The position numbers and the translations under genes were made by a program. This document shows, piece by piece, positions 18,202 to 29,905 of a stretch of 64,000 nt of DNA. Numbering within the stretch: position 1 is the stretch's first letter; every line of letters starts with the position of its first letter. This stretch comes from a bacterium. GTDB lineage: Bacteria; JAAXHH01. The notes beneath the pieces are model-generated. The model saw only the letters and a list, made by a program, of their open reading frames with translations. It was not told where the DNA came from and did no database searches. The stretch covers positions 2,269,337 through 2,333,336 of the forward strand of contig OY843748.1 of assembly GCA_963693015.1 (NCBI GenBank). Reading direction: 5' to 3'.

Positions 18202-19224
18202 CTACTCGCCGAAGGACCATGCTGCTTCGCCCGATTCACGGATGGTAAGGCGGCACGCGGGTCCGAAGGTATGGGTCGTGGTTACGGAGACCGGTTGTGT
18301 TTCCATGGTAAAGGCGGTGATGCCCCCGATTCCGCCGCCTGCTCCAACGCGCCCTGATCCATCACGGTTGCTCCCTGGTCCATCACGGTTGCTCCCTGGT
18401 CCATCACGGTTGCTCCCTGGTCCATCGCGGTCTTCGTCCTTCGGCATCCGCTCCACCACGATATCGAGATTGGGTCCGCGGAACTTCGTCCGTTCAGGAC
18501 AAGCAGTCGCCTCGGCCTCGGTTTCGCCACTTTCCTCAGGACCCGCGTCCCGCCTCCACGAATCCGCGGCAAAGTCCGATCCCGCCGCGACATATCCATA
18601 GACACCTAGTTCCGCTTCGAGCCGGTCGGCCTCGTCGGGCGGCAGGGATACGGTCACCGAGGTGATGTCCCGGAAGAGCCGGTTGTCAAGATCGTCGCCG
18701 ATGGCGGCACGGTAACGTGTGAGGAAACCGCTACGTGTGATGTCCGCCTGATCCGTAACCGACTGGCGCGGAGGCAGGTTCGGCGCCCACCTGCCCAGGA
18801 ACCCGGGATCGTATTCCATCACCCAGGAGATCAACCGGGCATCGTCTGAGCGCGGGATTTCGACGGACCAGAACCACGGGATGTCCTGATCCCGGTCCCT
18901 TCGGTTGCGTTTGTACCGCCTCACTTCCCGATCCGTGGCTGGTTCCAGTCGCCGCGCCAGCGCTACCGATCCGCCCTCCGACTCGATGCCGAACGCCAGG
19001 CCGTCGCGGGGCGCCCAGGAGGTCCTGTCCGGATTCATGAACTCGAAATAGGTATGGCGGCCGTAGTAGTACCGGCCCGTCCACGACATGCCCGTGGCCT
19101 GGTCGTGGGTCGTCCGCTCCTCTGAACAGGCGAAGTGTTCGTTCAGGAACCCGGACGCGGACAGGGCGCGGTAGGTGTCCCGGTCGACGAATACGAGGAG
19201 GTGGTTAAGATAGACAGGGTGCAT
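18202..19224 (-). CDS. DUF5829-like protein
   Basis: YLNHLLVFVD..TY..L..S.FL...F...EERTT...W.G.YY.G..TYFEF pattern. Confidence 0.65.
   Translation of the reverse strand: MHPVYLNHLLVFVDRDTYRALSASGFLNEHFACSEERTTHDQATGMSWTGRYYYGRHTYFEFMNPDRTSWAPRDGLAFGIESEGGSVALARRLEPATDREVRRYKRNRRDRDQDIPWFWSVEIPRSDDARLISWVMEYDPGFLGRWAPNLPPRQSVTDQADITRSGFLTRYRAAIGDDLDNRLFRDITSVTVSLPPDEADRLEAELGVYGYVAAGSDFAADSWRRDAGPEESGETEAEATACPERTKFRGPNLDIVVERMPKDEDRDGPGSNRDGPGSNRDGPGSNRDGSGRVGAGGGIGGITAFTMETQPVSVTTTHTFGPACRLTIRESGEAAWSFGE
18358..18430 (-). repeat. In-frame 21-bp repeat x3.4 (DGPGSNR)
   Basis: tccatcacggttgctccctgg at 18358, 18379, 18400, partial 18421. Confidence 0.9.
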
Positions 19225-19254
19225 GGCTCAGACAGAGTGCATGGCTCAGACAGG
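19212..19254 (-). repeat. 18-bp duplication of the sulfatase-stop / DUF5829-start junction
   Basis: agacag(g/a)gtgcatggctc at 19212 and 19230, partial at 19248. Confidence 0.9.
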
Positions 19255-20571
19255 ATACTGGGGGTCATCGGCCGCCGACAGGTCGTCGGGACGGTTCAGC
19301 ATGCCCCCGGGATCCGGGGGAACGACCTCGTGTTCGACCAGGGGATCGCCCGTGGAAGCCATCCAGCGGTCCAGGCGGGCGCGCAGGTCGCGCAACGTGT
19401 CGGCCGCTTCGGGCCGGTCGGCCAGGTTGTTGGTCTCGCTGGGATCGAAGAGGGTGTCGTAGAGCCTTTCACGGGGGACAGTCCTGTCCCGCCAGCCCGA
19501 CTCGATCAGGGTCGATTTCGTGATCGACGCATCGCAGTTCGTCATGACGGGCAGGTCGCGTCCTCCGTATCGCCGGATGTACTTCCATCGGCGGGTCCGC
19601 ACGGCCCGCTGGGGCTCGTAGGCCGCGTGGTAGTTTACCTCGGCGAAGACCTCATCCCGTATCTCCGTTGCCTCGCCCCGCACCAGCGGGTCCAGGGAAA
19701 CGCCCTGCAGCCAGTCCGGGCGGTCGATCCCGGCCAGATCGCACACCGTGGGGAATACGTCGATGTGGCTCACCATGCCGTCGACGACCTTGCCGCCGCC
19801 GTATCCCGCGGGGCCGCGCAGGATGAGCATGACGCCCATGCCGTGGTCGGTGAGGTGGCACTTCATCATGGGGAAGGCGATGCCGTGGTCGGTCGTGCAG
19901 ACAACCAGGGTCTTTTCCCGCCACCCGTACCGGTCTATCGCCTCCAGCACGCGTCCCATTTTCTGATCCAGCGTACGGGCGGCATCGATGAAGAGGCCCA
20001 TGTCGCGGCGAAAATCGGCAGAATCCGGGAAAGGCGCCGGCGGGCGCACGAAACGGGGATCGGTCGGCGCTTCCCCGTCCGGCTGCGGCGTGAAGCCCGC
20101 GCCCCTGCGATGGGTTTCGCCGAATCCCACGTCCAGGAAGAAGGGCCGGTCATGGGGTTCCGACAGGAAGGACACGGCAAGTTCCTCGGCGGGTGCCTTT
20201 TCGTTGCCGGCCTCCCGCGGCATGACGCGGGACCAGCCTGCGTCGTCGAGGTCCTTGACGACGTGCTGGAATCCGGCCATCACCGTGTCGTACCCCGCCC
20301 TTCGCAGGGTGTGCATGATGAGCCGCTCGGGGTGGTGGATCGACCAGCCCCGGTTGACCAGGCCGAACATGCCGCAACTGTGGGGCCACTGCCCGGTGAG
20401 CAGGGCCCCCCGGCTCGGGGAACAGGTCGGGTTCGCGCAGAAGGCCGACCGGAACAGCACCCCCGCCTCCGCCAGATGCTGCAGGGCCGGTGTCGGAATG
20501 GCGTGACCGTAGGGCTGGATGTACCGGCCGGTGTCGTGAGAATGCAGGTAGACGATGTTCATGGGATGCAA
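19246..20571 (-). CDS. Sulfatase (Cys-type, formylglycine-dependent)
   Basis: SHDTG, CSPSRGALLTG, TTDHG. Confidence 0.92.
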   Translation of the reverse strand: MHPMNIVYLHSHDTGRYIQPYGHAIPTPALQHLAEAGVLFRSAFCANPTCSPSRGALLTGQWPHSCGMFGLVNRGWSIHHPERLIMHTLRRAGYDTVMAGFQHVVKDLDDAGWSRVMPREAGNEKAPAEELAVSFLSEPHDRPFFLDVGFGETHRRGAGFTPQPDGEAPTDPRFVRPPAPFPDSADFRRDMGLFIDAARTLDQKMGRVLEAIDRYGWREKTLVVCTTDHGIAFPMMKCHLTDHGMGVMLILRGPAGYGGGKVVDGMVSHIDVFPTVCDLAGIDRPDWLQGVSLDPLVRGEATEIRDEVFAEVNYHAAYEPQRAVRTRRWKYIRRYGGRDLPVMTNCDASITKSTLIESGWRDRTVPRERLYDTLFDPSETNNLADRPEAADTLRDLRARLDRWMASTGDPLVEHEVVPPDPGGMLNRPDDLSAADDPQYPV

Positions 20572-20682
20572 GTTGCCTCGGTACGTCTTCCGGATTCCGT
20601 TACCTGATCGACCCGCCCGGTTTTGTCCGGGCTTTCCCCCGGGCGTATCTCCCGATTCGGGCGGAACAACACCAACGCCGCG

Positions 20683-22515
20683 CTACATACGCCTCGGCAC
20701 CTCGATGCCGAGCAGGTCCAGCGCCCGTTCCAGCGCCCGCAGCGTGACCCCGGACACGGCGAGCCACGAGGCGCGGCGTTCGCCGTCCTCCTCGCTCAGG
20801 ATGTGATGGGTGTGGTAGAACCGGTTGTAGGCCGTGGCCAGCTGGAAGGCGTATTCGCACAGGTGGTTCGGCGCGCGGGTCTCGAAGGCCAGGCCGATCA
20901 CCGCGGGCAGCTCGGACAACTTGAGATCCAGTTCGCGTTCCGATTCGCTCAAGGGGGCCATGATCCGGCCGGCTTGAAGCCCTCGGTCACCCGCCCGTCG
21001 CAGCACGGATTTGATCCGCACGGCGGCATAGAGGATGTAGGGACCCGTACGGCCCTCGAAGGACGAAAAGCGGTCCAGGTCGAACACGTAATCCTTCGTG
21101 CGGTGGTTCATCAGGTCGGCGTATTTAAGCGCGGCTACGCCCACGATTCGGGAAATGGTCTCCTTCTCGTCCTCGTCGTATTCCCGGACCGATTCGATGG
21201 TCTCGATCCGGGCCCGGGCGTGTCCGGTCACCAGTTCGATCAGGTCTTTCAGCTTCATGACCCCGCCCTCGCGGGTCTTGAAGGGCTTCCCGTCCTTTCC
21301 GTTCATGGTCCCGAAGCCGTCGTGCTCCAGGTGCGTCGACGCCGGCGCCACACCCGTCTTCCAGGCGGCCTTGAAGACCTGCCTGAAGTGCTGCTGCTGG
21401 CGGTTGTCGACCACGTATAGGATGTAATCCGGCTGGAACTCCTCCACGCGCTGGTCGATGGTCGCCAGGTCGGTCGTGCCGTAGAGCACCGCACCATCGG
21501 TCTTCTCCAGCATCAGCGGCGGGATCTCTTCACGGTCACCGGATTCACCTACTTCGACGACCAGAGCGCCCCGGCTTTCCCGGGCAAATCCTTCCGCCTT
21601 CAGACGCGCGATCAGGCCATGAACCCGGTCCTGGGTATCGCTCTCGCCGAGCCACAGGTCGAAGCGGATATTCAACTGCTCGTAGCTCTGCCGGAGGTCC
21701 TCGACGGACACGTCCCGGAAGTGCTTCCACAGGGCGCGGTAGCCCGGTCGACCGGCCTGAAGGTCCACCGTGGCCTGCCGCGCGGCCTCGGCGAAATCCG
21801 GGTCGTTCTTTTCTCTTTCGCTGGCCTGTGGATACAATTCCTCCAGGTCGGCGATGTCCACGGGAGGCGCTTCAGGATAGGGTCCGGTGTTCGCGGGATT
21901 GAAATAGGGCAGATCCGGCTGGCGGTCTCGTAGACCTTCGATGATGAGTCCCATCTGCAGGCCCCAGTCGCCCAGGTGCACGTCGCCGATCACCTCGTGG
22001 CCCACGAAGCGGCAGATCCGCACGATGCTCTCGCCGATGATGGCGGCGCGGAGGTGGCCGACGTGCAGCGGCTTGGCCACGTTGGGACCCCCGTAATCGA
22101 CGATGATCCGCGCGGGAGTGCCGATGGTTTCGCAACCCAGCCGCTCATCCTCGTACACTTCCTGGACGTGGGCGGCGATGAATTCATCCTTCAGCAGGAT
22201 GTTGATGAAACCGGGTCCGGCGAGGGACAGGTCGTCGAACACTTCAGGCGCGGCGCGGCCATCGACCGTTTCGGTGAGGCCGTCGACCGATCCGGCGCGG
22301 CCATCGACCGTTCCGGTGAGGCCATCGACCACGTTCTGCGCGATCTGCCTCGGGTTGGTCCGGTATTGTTTAGCCGCCGCGAGCGCCCCGTTGCACTGGA
22401 ACTGGCACAGGTCCGGGCGGTCGGAAACCCGCACTTCGCCGTAGCTTCGGTCATAGCCGGCCGATTCGAAGGCGTCCGCAAACACGACCGTCAGTTTGTC
22501 CGCCAGGGTTCCCAC
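20683..22515 (-). CDS. argS: Arginine--tRNA ligase
   Basis: PGFINI, DYGGPNVAKPLHVGHLR (HIGH), GDWGLQMG, FSSFEGRTGPYILYA. Confidence 0.97.
   Translation of the reverse strand: MGTLADKLTVVFADAFESAGYDRSYGEVRVSDRPDLCQFQCNGALAAAKQYRTNPRQIAQNVVDGLTGTVDGRAGSVDGLTETVDGRAAPEVFDDLSLAGPGFINILLKDEFIAAHVQEVYEDERLGCETIGTPARIIVDYGGPNVAKPLHVGHLRAAIIGESIVRICRFVGHEVIGDVHLGDWGLQMGLIIEGLRDRQPDLPYFNPANTGPYPEAPPVDIADLEELYPQASEREKNDPDFAEAARQATVDLQAGRPGYRALWKHFRDVSVEDLRQSYEQLNIRFDLWLGESDTQDRVHGLIARLKAEGFARESRGALVVEVGESGDREEIPPLMLEKTDGAVLYGTTDLATIDQRVEEFQPDYILYVVDNRQQQHFRQVFKAAWKTGVAPASTHLEHDGFGTMNGKDGKPFKTREGGVMKLKDLIELVTGHARARIETIESVREYDEDEKETISRIVGVAALKYADLMNHRTKDYVFDLDRFSSFEGRTGPYILYAAVRIKSVLRRAGDRGLQAGRIMAPLSESERELDLKLSELPAVIGLAFETRAPNHLCEYAFQLATAYNRFYHTHHILSEEDGERRASWLAVSGVTLRALERALDLLGIEVPRRM
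22251..22330 (-). repeat. In-frame 42-bp duplication inside argS (VDGLTGTVDGRAGS / VDGLTETVDGRAAP)
   Basis: Copies at 22251 and 22293. Confidence 0.9.
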
Positions 22516-22524
22516 GTAGATACC

Positions 22525-22953
22525 TCAGGCTGGATTGCCGTAGATGGTGACCACGAGCCGCCGCGCGCCGCCGCGGTCCCGGTGTTCGCAGAGATAGATG
22601 CCCTGCCAAATACCCAGGTTCAGCCGGCCGCCGGTGACGGGTATGGACACGCTGCTCCCCATCATCGAAGCCTTGATGTGCGCCGGCATGTCGTCCGACC
22701 CCTCCTCGTCGTGCCGGTAATGGGGCTGGTTTTCGGGAACGAGGACGTTCATGTGGCGCTCGAAGTCGCCCCGGACGTCCGGGGCCGCGTTCTCGTTGAT
22801 GGTCAGCGAAGCGGAAGTATGGCAGATGAAGACGTGGGCGATGCCGACCTCGATGCCGGCCAGTTCGGGGACCTGGCTGGTGATTTCACCCGTAACCAGG
22901 TGAAAGCCCCGGGGTCTGGGAGACAGGTTGATCTGTTTCTGAATCCATTGCAT
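22525..22953 (-). CDS. yjbQ: YjbQ / UPF0047 family protein
   Basis: HTSASLTINEN..P.V..D, DDMPAHIK, LGIWQGIYLCEHR; ATG 22953. Confidence 0.9.
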   Translation of the reverse strand: MQWIQKQINLSPRPRGFHLVTGEITSQVPELAGIEVGIAHVFICHTSASLTINENAAPDVRGDFERHMNVLVPENQPHYRHDEEGSDDMPAHIKASMMGSSVSIPVTGGRLNLGIWQGIYLCEHRDRGGARRLVVTIYGNPA

Positions 22954-22988
22954 CAGCGTACGCACCGCCTCAGGAAACGGTCCACCGG

Positions 22989-23064
22989 GCGAGGCGCGTG
23001 GGAATGCCCGGCGAACTGCGCGCATTGCGAGGCGCGTGGAAATGCCCGGCGAACTGCGCGCATT
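22989..23064. repeat. Two-copy 38-bp tandem duplication at S9 peptidase stop
   Basis: gcgaggcgcgtgg(g/a)aatgcccggcgaactgcgcgcatt at 22989 and 23027. Confidence 0.9.
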
Positions 23065-24925
23065 ACAGCACGTATCTCTTCAGGAAACGTTCCACGTCGT
23101 CGTAGAAGGCGACGATCGTTTCCACCTTGCGCCAGCCGTGCCCCTCGCCTTCGTACAGCCGGTAGATGTGGGACACCTTGTTCTGCTTCAGGACCTCGAC
23201 GATGGATTCGGCCTGGTCCCGCGGGACGACCTTGTCCTCGCTGCCCTGGAAAATGGCGACCGGGTCGCGGATCCGGTCCGCGTGGAAGAGCGGCGACCAG
23301 GCCTGGTACCGGTCGCTGTGCTCGGGCAGCGTCCCGACCATCAGGTCCAGGTACTTCGCCTCGAACTTGTGGGTGTCCGTGGCCAGGCCGAAGAGATTGG
23401 TCACGCCGTAAAGGCACAGGCCGGCCCGGAAGACCCCGGGATGATGGATGAGGACGTTCAGCACGGTGAATCCGCCTGCGCTGCCGCCCTTGATGACGAT
23501 ACGGTCCGGATCGGCGAGTCCCCGTTCGACGAGGGCAAGCGCGCCGCTGACGGCGTCCTCCGTGTCGTACTCGCCCCAGTGTTCCCGCAGGGCGGTCATG
23601 TAAGAGCGCCCGTAACCCGTACTCCCGCGGTAATTCACGTACAGGCAGGCATAGCCCCGGCTGGTGAAGAAGGGCACTTCGGCCGCGTAGTCGGCCCTGG
23701 ACTGGCCCGTCGGCCCCCCGTGGATGCTGACGATAGCCGGCGGCTTGCCCGAGCCGGTGAACCGGCTGCTGGCCGGCGGGTAATAGAGTCCGTGCACCTC
23801 GCCGCCACCCGGACTCCTCCATGTAATCGATTCGGGAACGGACAGGTCCGCCTCGGGGATCATCTCCGACTGGCTGCGGCGATGTACCGTATGGACGCTT
23901 TCATCCAGGGTGACCACGCGCTCGGGGACGGTGGACGACGAGGCAATGCACGCCAGGGTATCCCGGACCGGCGAGACGGCGAGCTGCATCATCCAGGTAT
24001 ATTGGGGCGTGTCCAGTTTCGTACTCCGACCCGTGGCCAGGGAGACTTTCCACAACGACGCGAATCCCCCTTCGTTGCTGCGGCAGTACAGGGAATCGCC
24101 GTCGGGCCCCCAGCCGTGGACGCGCACGCCCTGCACCCAGGCGGGGTCGGCCAGGGTCGTTCCCTCTACCAGGGCGCGTCGCTCCCCTGTGTCCAGGTCG
24201 AGCACGACCAGGCTATCCCACTCTCCTTCCGTGATGATGTAGGACAGCCACTTCCCGTCCGGGGAATAGGCCGGTTGAAAGACCGGTGTATCCGCGTCTC
24301 CCGCGATCAACCGCTCCTCCGACAGGGTGCGGCGATCAATATCGATCCGCCCGGTCTTCAGCCTCGTCCCGTCCCAGGGCATCTGGGGCTGGTCCCATTC
24401 GATCCACGCGATCCGTTCGCCGTCGGGATGCCAGGCCGGCTGCATGTAGAAATCGGCGCCGCGCACCAGGTTGACCGGCCAGCCGCTGCCCGCGCCGTCG
24501 ACCAGGGCGATGACGTCGACGGACTCGCAGGTATGGACGTAGAGCACCCACGCACCGTTTCGCGACACGGCCGGAGAAGCGGCCGCTCCGAAGGCGGGCG
24601 TGATCGGCCTGGCCGATCCCGGGGCCAGGGACTGTCGGTACAGCCTGCCGTCCTTTTCGGCGAAGACGACGAAGTCGTCCGCCACGGTGAAATCGCCGCC
24701 CCCATAACCCACGCCGCCCCGGACCGGATGTCCGTCCGTCAGGTCGTAAGGCGCATCGTTTCCACGGCGGCATACGAGCACGCCGGTGTCCGAACGCTGT
24801 TCCAGCCAGACCAGGCCGGTGCCGTCGCCGTTCCACTGCACGTCGTAGAGCGGCGTTCTTGCGCCCATAGTCTTCGCCGAAATGGCGCTTTTCCAGTAAC
24901 CGTACGCGACGGATATGCGATTCAT
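23063..24925 (-). CDS. S9 family peptidase (acyl-peptide hydrolase-like)
   Basis: Propeller N-terminus; HGGPT, GGSAGG nucleophile, QGSED, EGHGW. Confidence 0.92.
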   Translation of the reverse strand: MNRISVAYGYWKSAISAKTMGARTPLYDVQWNGDGTGLVWLEQRSDTGVLVCRRGNDAPYDLTDGHPVRGGVGYGGGDFTVADDFVVFAEKDGRLYRQSLAPGSARPITPAFGAAASPAVSRNGAWVLYVHTCESVDVIALVDGAGSGWPVNLVRGADFYMQPAWHPDGERIAWIEWDQPQMPWDGTRLKTGRIDIDRRTLSEERLIAGDADTPVFQPAYSPDGKWLSYIITEGEWDSLVVLDLDTGERRALVEGTTLADPAWVQGVRVHGWGPDGDSLYCRSNEGGFASLWKVSLATGRSTKLDTPQYTWMMQLAVSPVRDTLACIASSSTVPERVVTLDESVHTVHRRSQSEMIPEADLSVPESITWRSPGGGEVHGLYYPPASSRFTGSGKPPAIVSIHGGPTGQSRADYAAEVPFFTSRGYACLYVNYRGSTGYGRSYMTALREHWGEYDTEDAVSGALALVERGLADPDRIVIKGGSAGGFTVLNVLIHHPGVFRAGLCLYGVTNLFGLATDTHKFEAKYLDLMVGTLPEHSDRYQAWSPLFHADRIRDPVAIFQGSEDKVVPRDQAESIVEVLKQNKVSHIYRLYEGEGHGWRKVETIVAFYDDVERFLKRYVL

Positions 24926-25111
24926 TGGGTGATCGGGTTAAACCTGGCTGTATGAATCCGCCAGGACCGTGTTTACCGCTTGTCTTGATCGTTTTCAGAT
25001 TCTTTCTTGAATATACCGCGACGCGTTGCCAAAGCAACCGTTTATAGGCCGCCGGAAGTCCGGTCCGGCCATCGAAATCACGTCATACCGATCCAGGGTT
25101 AAGATCCGTCC

Positions 25112-26851
<1,740 letters not shown>

Positions 26852-26878
26852 CGCGACCGGGCATACGCCCAGCGTACG

Positions 26879-27742
26879 TCAGACGATCTTAACGCCGGCA
26901 TCCGCCGCGATCCGCCGGACGTTTGCGACCGCAGTCGGGATCTTGTCCTCGGGCAGATGCTCGACCAGCATGTAGCCCTCGGGATGGAGGGCTTCCCAGC
27001 GCCGCACGGCCGTGACGAGGTCGAGCTCGCCGGCACCGGGCACTTCTTCGTTCATGTGGAGGACGAACCCGGGTTCCAGGCTGATGTCCTTGATATGGGC
27101 AACAGTGGAGATCGGCCCCATGACGTCGAAGATGTGGTTCAAGCGATCCGTGCTGTCGTATACCTGCGCCAGGGACTGGAAGTGGTTGACGAAATCCATG
27201 ACCACGCGCAGGCGGTCGGAACCGACGGCCTCGATTACCTGCCGGTTGATCTCGGGCGACCCCATGATGGTGAGCACGTGGGTCTCGACCACGACGGTCA
27301 TCCCCTCCTCCTCCGCCTTTTCCGCGACCCGCGACAGGGTGTCGATCAGCACGTCGAGACGCCCTGGCTCGTGGTTCTCGGGGGCGGGGTCGTAGGACCC
27401 CGACGGGTTCAGGCTGCCGGTTCGGATCAATACGTTGTGTGCCCGGAGCGCACTGCCCACTTCCAGGCCGCGGTGAATGGTCCGGACGACCCGGTCCCGG
27501 ACCGTCTCGTCCGGGTCGAAGAGGCACTTGCGGTACCCGATGCCGAACTGGGCCAGTTCCAGGCCCAGGTTATCATAGAGGTCGTTGGCCCGGTTGCAGT
27601 CCGAAGTCGTCAGTTCGTCCAGGATTTCGCCGGGACCGTGATAGCAGACGGACGTGACGCCCAGTTCCAGGCCCTTTCTCAGTACCTCCTCCGTTACGGC
27701 CCGGGGATCTCCCGGCGCGTATCCCACAACGCCCAGTCGCAT
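26879..27742 (-). CDS. Sugar phosphate isomerase/epimerase family (xylose isomerase-like TIM barrel)
   Basis: VVETH, VMDFVN, AHIKD, LVEH metal-binding pattern. Confidence 0.8.
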   Translation of the reverse strand: MRLGVVGYAPGDPRAVTEEVLRKGLELGVTSVCYHGPGEILDELTTSDCNRANDLYDNLGLELAQFGIGYRKCLFDPDETVRDRVVRTIHRGLEVGSALRAHNVLIRTGSLNPSGSYDPAPENHEPGRLDVLIDTLSRVAEKAEEEGMTVVVETHVLTIMGSPEINRQVIEAVGSDRLRVVMDFVNHFQSLAQVYDSTDRLNHIFDVMGPISTVAHIKDISLEPGFVLHMNEEVPGAGELDLVTAVRRWEALHPEGYMLVEHLPEDKIPTAVANVRRIAADAGVKIV

Positions 27743-27757
27743 GGATTTACCTTTCCT

Positions 27758-28264
27758 TTAGTTCCCGATGACCACCAGCACGGCGTTCTTGTCTACCGTA
27801 TCCCCTTCGCCGACGCGGATCTCCTTGACCCTGCCGCCCGAATGGGCGCGCAATTCGTTTTCCATCTTCATGGCTTCGATGACGACCACGCCCTGGCCGG
27901 TCTCCACCGTGTCGCCCACGGCTGCGGATATCGACACGACGCGGCCGGGCATGGGGGCCTTGATCTGTTCCCCGCCGGTGCGTCGCCGGGACTTGACCTG
28001 GCCGCGCAACCGGGCCAGTTGCTCGTCTTCGACGGCCACCGCGGAGGATACGCCGTTGACCGTGACCTCCCGCTGCTCGCCCTGTATCGCCGCCACCGCC
28101 GTGTATGACCGCCCATCGATGAGCAGGGAGTAGGAATGATCCCCTTGAAGCAAGGCCATGTCGACTTCCAGCGGCCTGCCGTCGACACGCAGCGCTACCT
28201 GGTCTTCCCGGTCATCCAGGCTGACCGTGTACGTCGTACCCTGAATCGTGACGAGATAGCTCAA
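27758..28264 (-). CDS. Biotin carboxyl carrier subunit of acyl-CoA carboxylase
   Basis: APMPGRVV, EAMKMENE; likely TTG start at 28264 with GGAG RBS. Confidence 0.9.
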   Translation of the reverse strand: MSYLVTIQGTTYTVSLDDREDQVALRVDGRPLEVDMALLQGDHSYSLLIDGRSYTAVAAIQGEQREVTVNGVSSAVAVEDEQLARLRGQVKSRRRTGGEQIKAPMPGRVVSISAAVGDTVETGQGVVVIEAMKMENELRAHSGGRVKEIRVGEGDTVDKNAVLVVIGN

Positions 28265-28382
28265 ATTCGCTCTTTCTCCGTCCCTTGCGTCGGACCGTCT
28301 GCGACAACTTTCACCGTGCGGCATGCGATGCGACGGCTCGTACGGCATGTGAAAGCCTGTACCGCATGCGGCAGTAAGACCG

Positions 28383-29897
28383 TCAGCGTTCCCTTCGCAT
28401 GGCGTCGCGCCGGCCGGTGAGTTTCCACGGACTCTCTCCGGAGCCGTCGGTTCCATCCCCGCCGACCCCGGCCGGCATCGCCCTTCTCGCTTCCCGGTGT
28501 TTCACGATCGCGGCGAAGGCGGCGGCGATATGACGCTCATCGGCCCCGGCATCCTCGTCCGGTCCCATGGTCTCGACGAAGGACGTCGAATAATCGCCGG
28601 AGGTAAACCTGGGGTCCGATAGGGCCCGGACGTGGAAGGGGATGGTGGTCTTGATCCCGCCGATGTCGTATTCACCCAGGGCTCTTTTCATGCGGGCGAT
28701 GGCCTCCTCCCGCTTCTCGGCCCACACGATCAGCTTGGCGATCATGGGGTCATAGTAGATCGGAACCTCGTACCCCGCGAAGAAACCGCTGTCCAGGCGG
28801 ACGCCGGGTCCCCCGGGCTCGCTCAGGCGCGTGACCACGCCGACCGAGGGCATGAATTGCGCATTGGGGTCTTCGGCGGAGATGCGGCATTCCAGGGCCG
28901 CACCGAGCAGCCGCACGTCTTCCTGTCCGAAGGGCAGGGGCATGCCGGCGGCGATTTCTATCTGCCGCCTGACCAGGTCCTGTCCCGTCCTCAGTTCCGT
29001 GACCGGGTGCTCGACCTGGAGGCGGGTGTTCATCTCGAGGAAATAGAACTGGCGGTTCCGGTCCACGATGAACTCCACGGTACCCGCGTTGGTGTATCCA
29101 ACGGCCTCGGCGGCCCGGACGGCGGCTTCGCCCATGGCGTCTCTCATGGCATCGTCGAGTACGCAGGAGGGCGATTCCTCGATGAGTTTCTGGTGACGGC
29201 GCTGTACCGAACATTCCCGTTCGCCGAGGTGCACCACGTGCCCGTGGTGGTCGGCGAGCACCTGGAACTCCACGTGACGCGGCTCCACCAGGTATTTCTC
29301 CAGGTAGACCGTGGCATCGCCGAAGGCGGACCGTGCCTCGGACCGCGCGGTGCGGAGCGCGGCGGAAAGATCGTCCGGGGAATCCACGACGCGCATGCCC
29401 TTGCCGCCACCGCCCATGGCCGCCTTGACCAGGACCGGGTAGCCGATGGATTCCGCCGCGCCGATGGCGTCCTCGTCGCTTTCGATCCCTTCTTCGGTTC
29501 CGGGCACGACGGGCACCCCGGCGGCGACCATCGTCTTGCGCGCCTCGGTCTTGCTCCCCATGGACCGTATGGCCTCGCCGGAAGGACCGATGAACGTGAT
29601 CCCCGCCTCGGCGCAGCGGTCCGCGAAGTCCCCGTTCTCGGAGAGAAACCCGTAACCCGGGTGTACCGCGTCGGCCCCGGCCTTTCGCGCCGTTTCGATG
29701 ATCCGGTCCGTGCGGAGATAACTGTCCGAGGACGGCGCGTCGCCGATGCGGTACGCCTCGTCGGCGAACTGTACGTGCAGGGCGGTCCGGTCCGCTTCCG
29801 AGAAGACGGCCGTCGTTTCGATGCCCATCTCCCGGCACGTGCGGATGACGCGCACCGCGATCTCACCCCGGTTGGCGATCAGTATCTTCTTGATCAT
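28383..29897 (-). CDS. accC: Biotin carboxylase subunit
   Basis: MIKKILIANRGEIAVR, HPGYGFLSEN, ERECSVQRRHQK, FLEMNTRLQVEHPVTE; real start ATG 29897 inside the longer ORF. Confidence 0.95.
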   Translation of the reverse strand: MIKKILIANRGEIAVRVIRTCREMGIETTAVFSEADRTALHVQFADEAYRIGDAPSSDSYLRTDRIIETARKAGADAVHPGYGFLSENGDFADRCAEAGITFIGPSGEAIRSMGSKTEARKTMVAAGVPVVPGTEEGIESDEDAIGAAESIGYPVLVKAAMGGGGKGMRVVDSPDDLSAALRTARSEARSAFGDATVYLEKYLVEPRHVEFQVLADHHGHVVHLGERECSVQRRHQKLIEESPSCVLDDAMRDAMGEAAVRAAEAVGYTNAGTVEFIVDRNRQFYFLEMNTRLQVEHPVTELRTGQDLVRRQIEIAAGMPLPFGQEDVRLLGAALECRISAEDPNAQFMPSVGVVTRLSEPGGPGVRLDSGFFAGYEVPIYYDPMIAKLIVWAEKREEAIARMKRALGEYDIGGIKTTIPFHVRALSDPRFTSGDYSTSFVETMGPDEDAGADERHIAAAFAAIVKHREARRAMPAGVGGDGTDGSGESPWKLTGRRDAMRRER

Positions 29898-29905
29898 GCG
29901 CCCTC

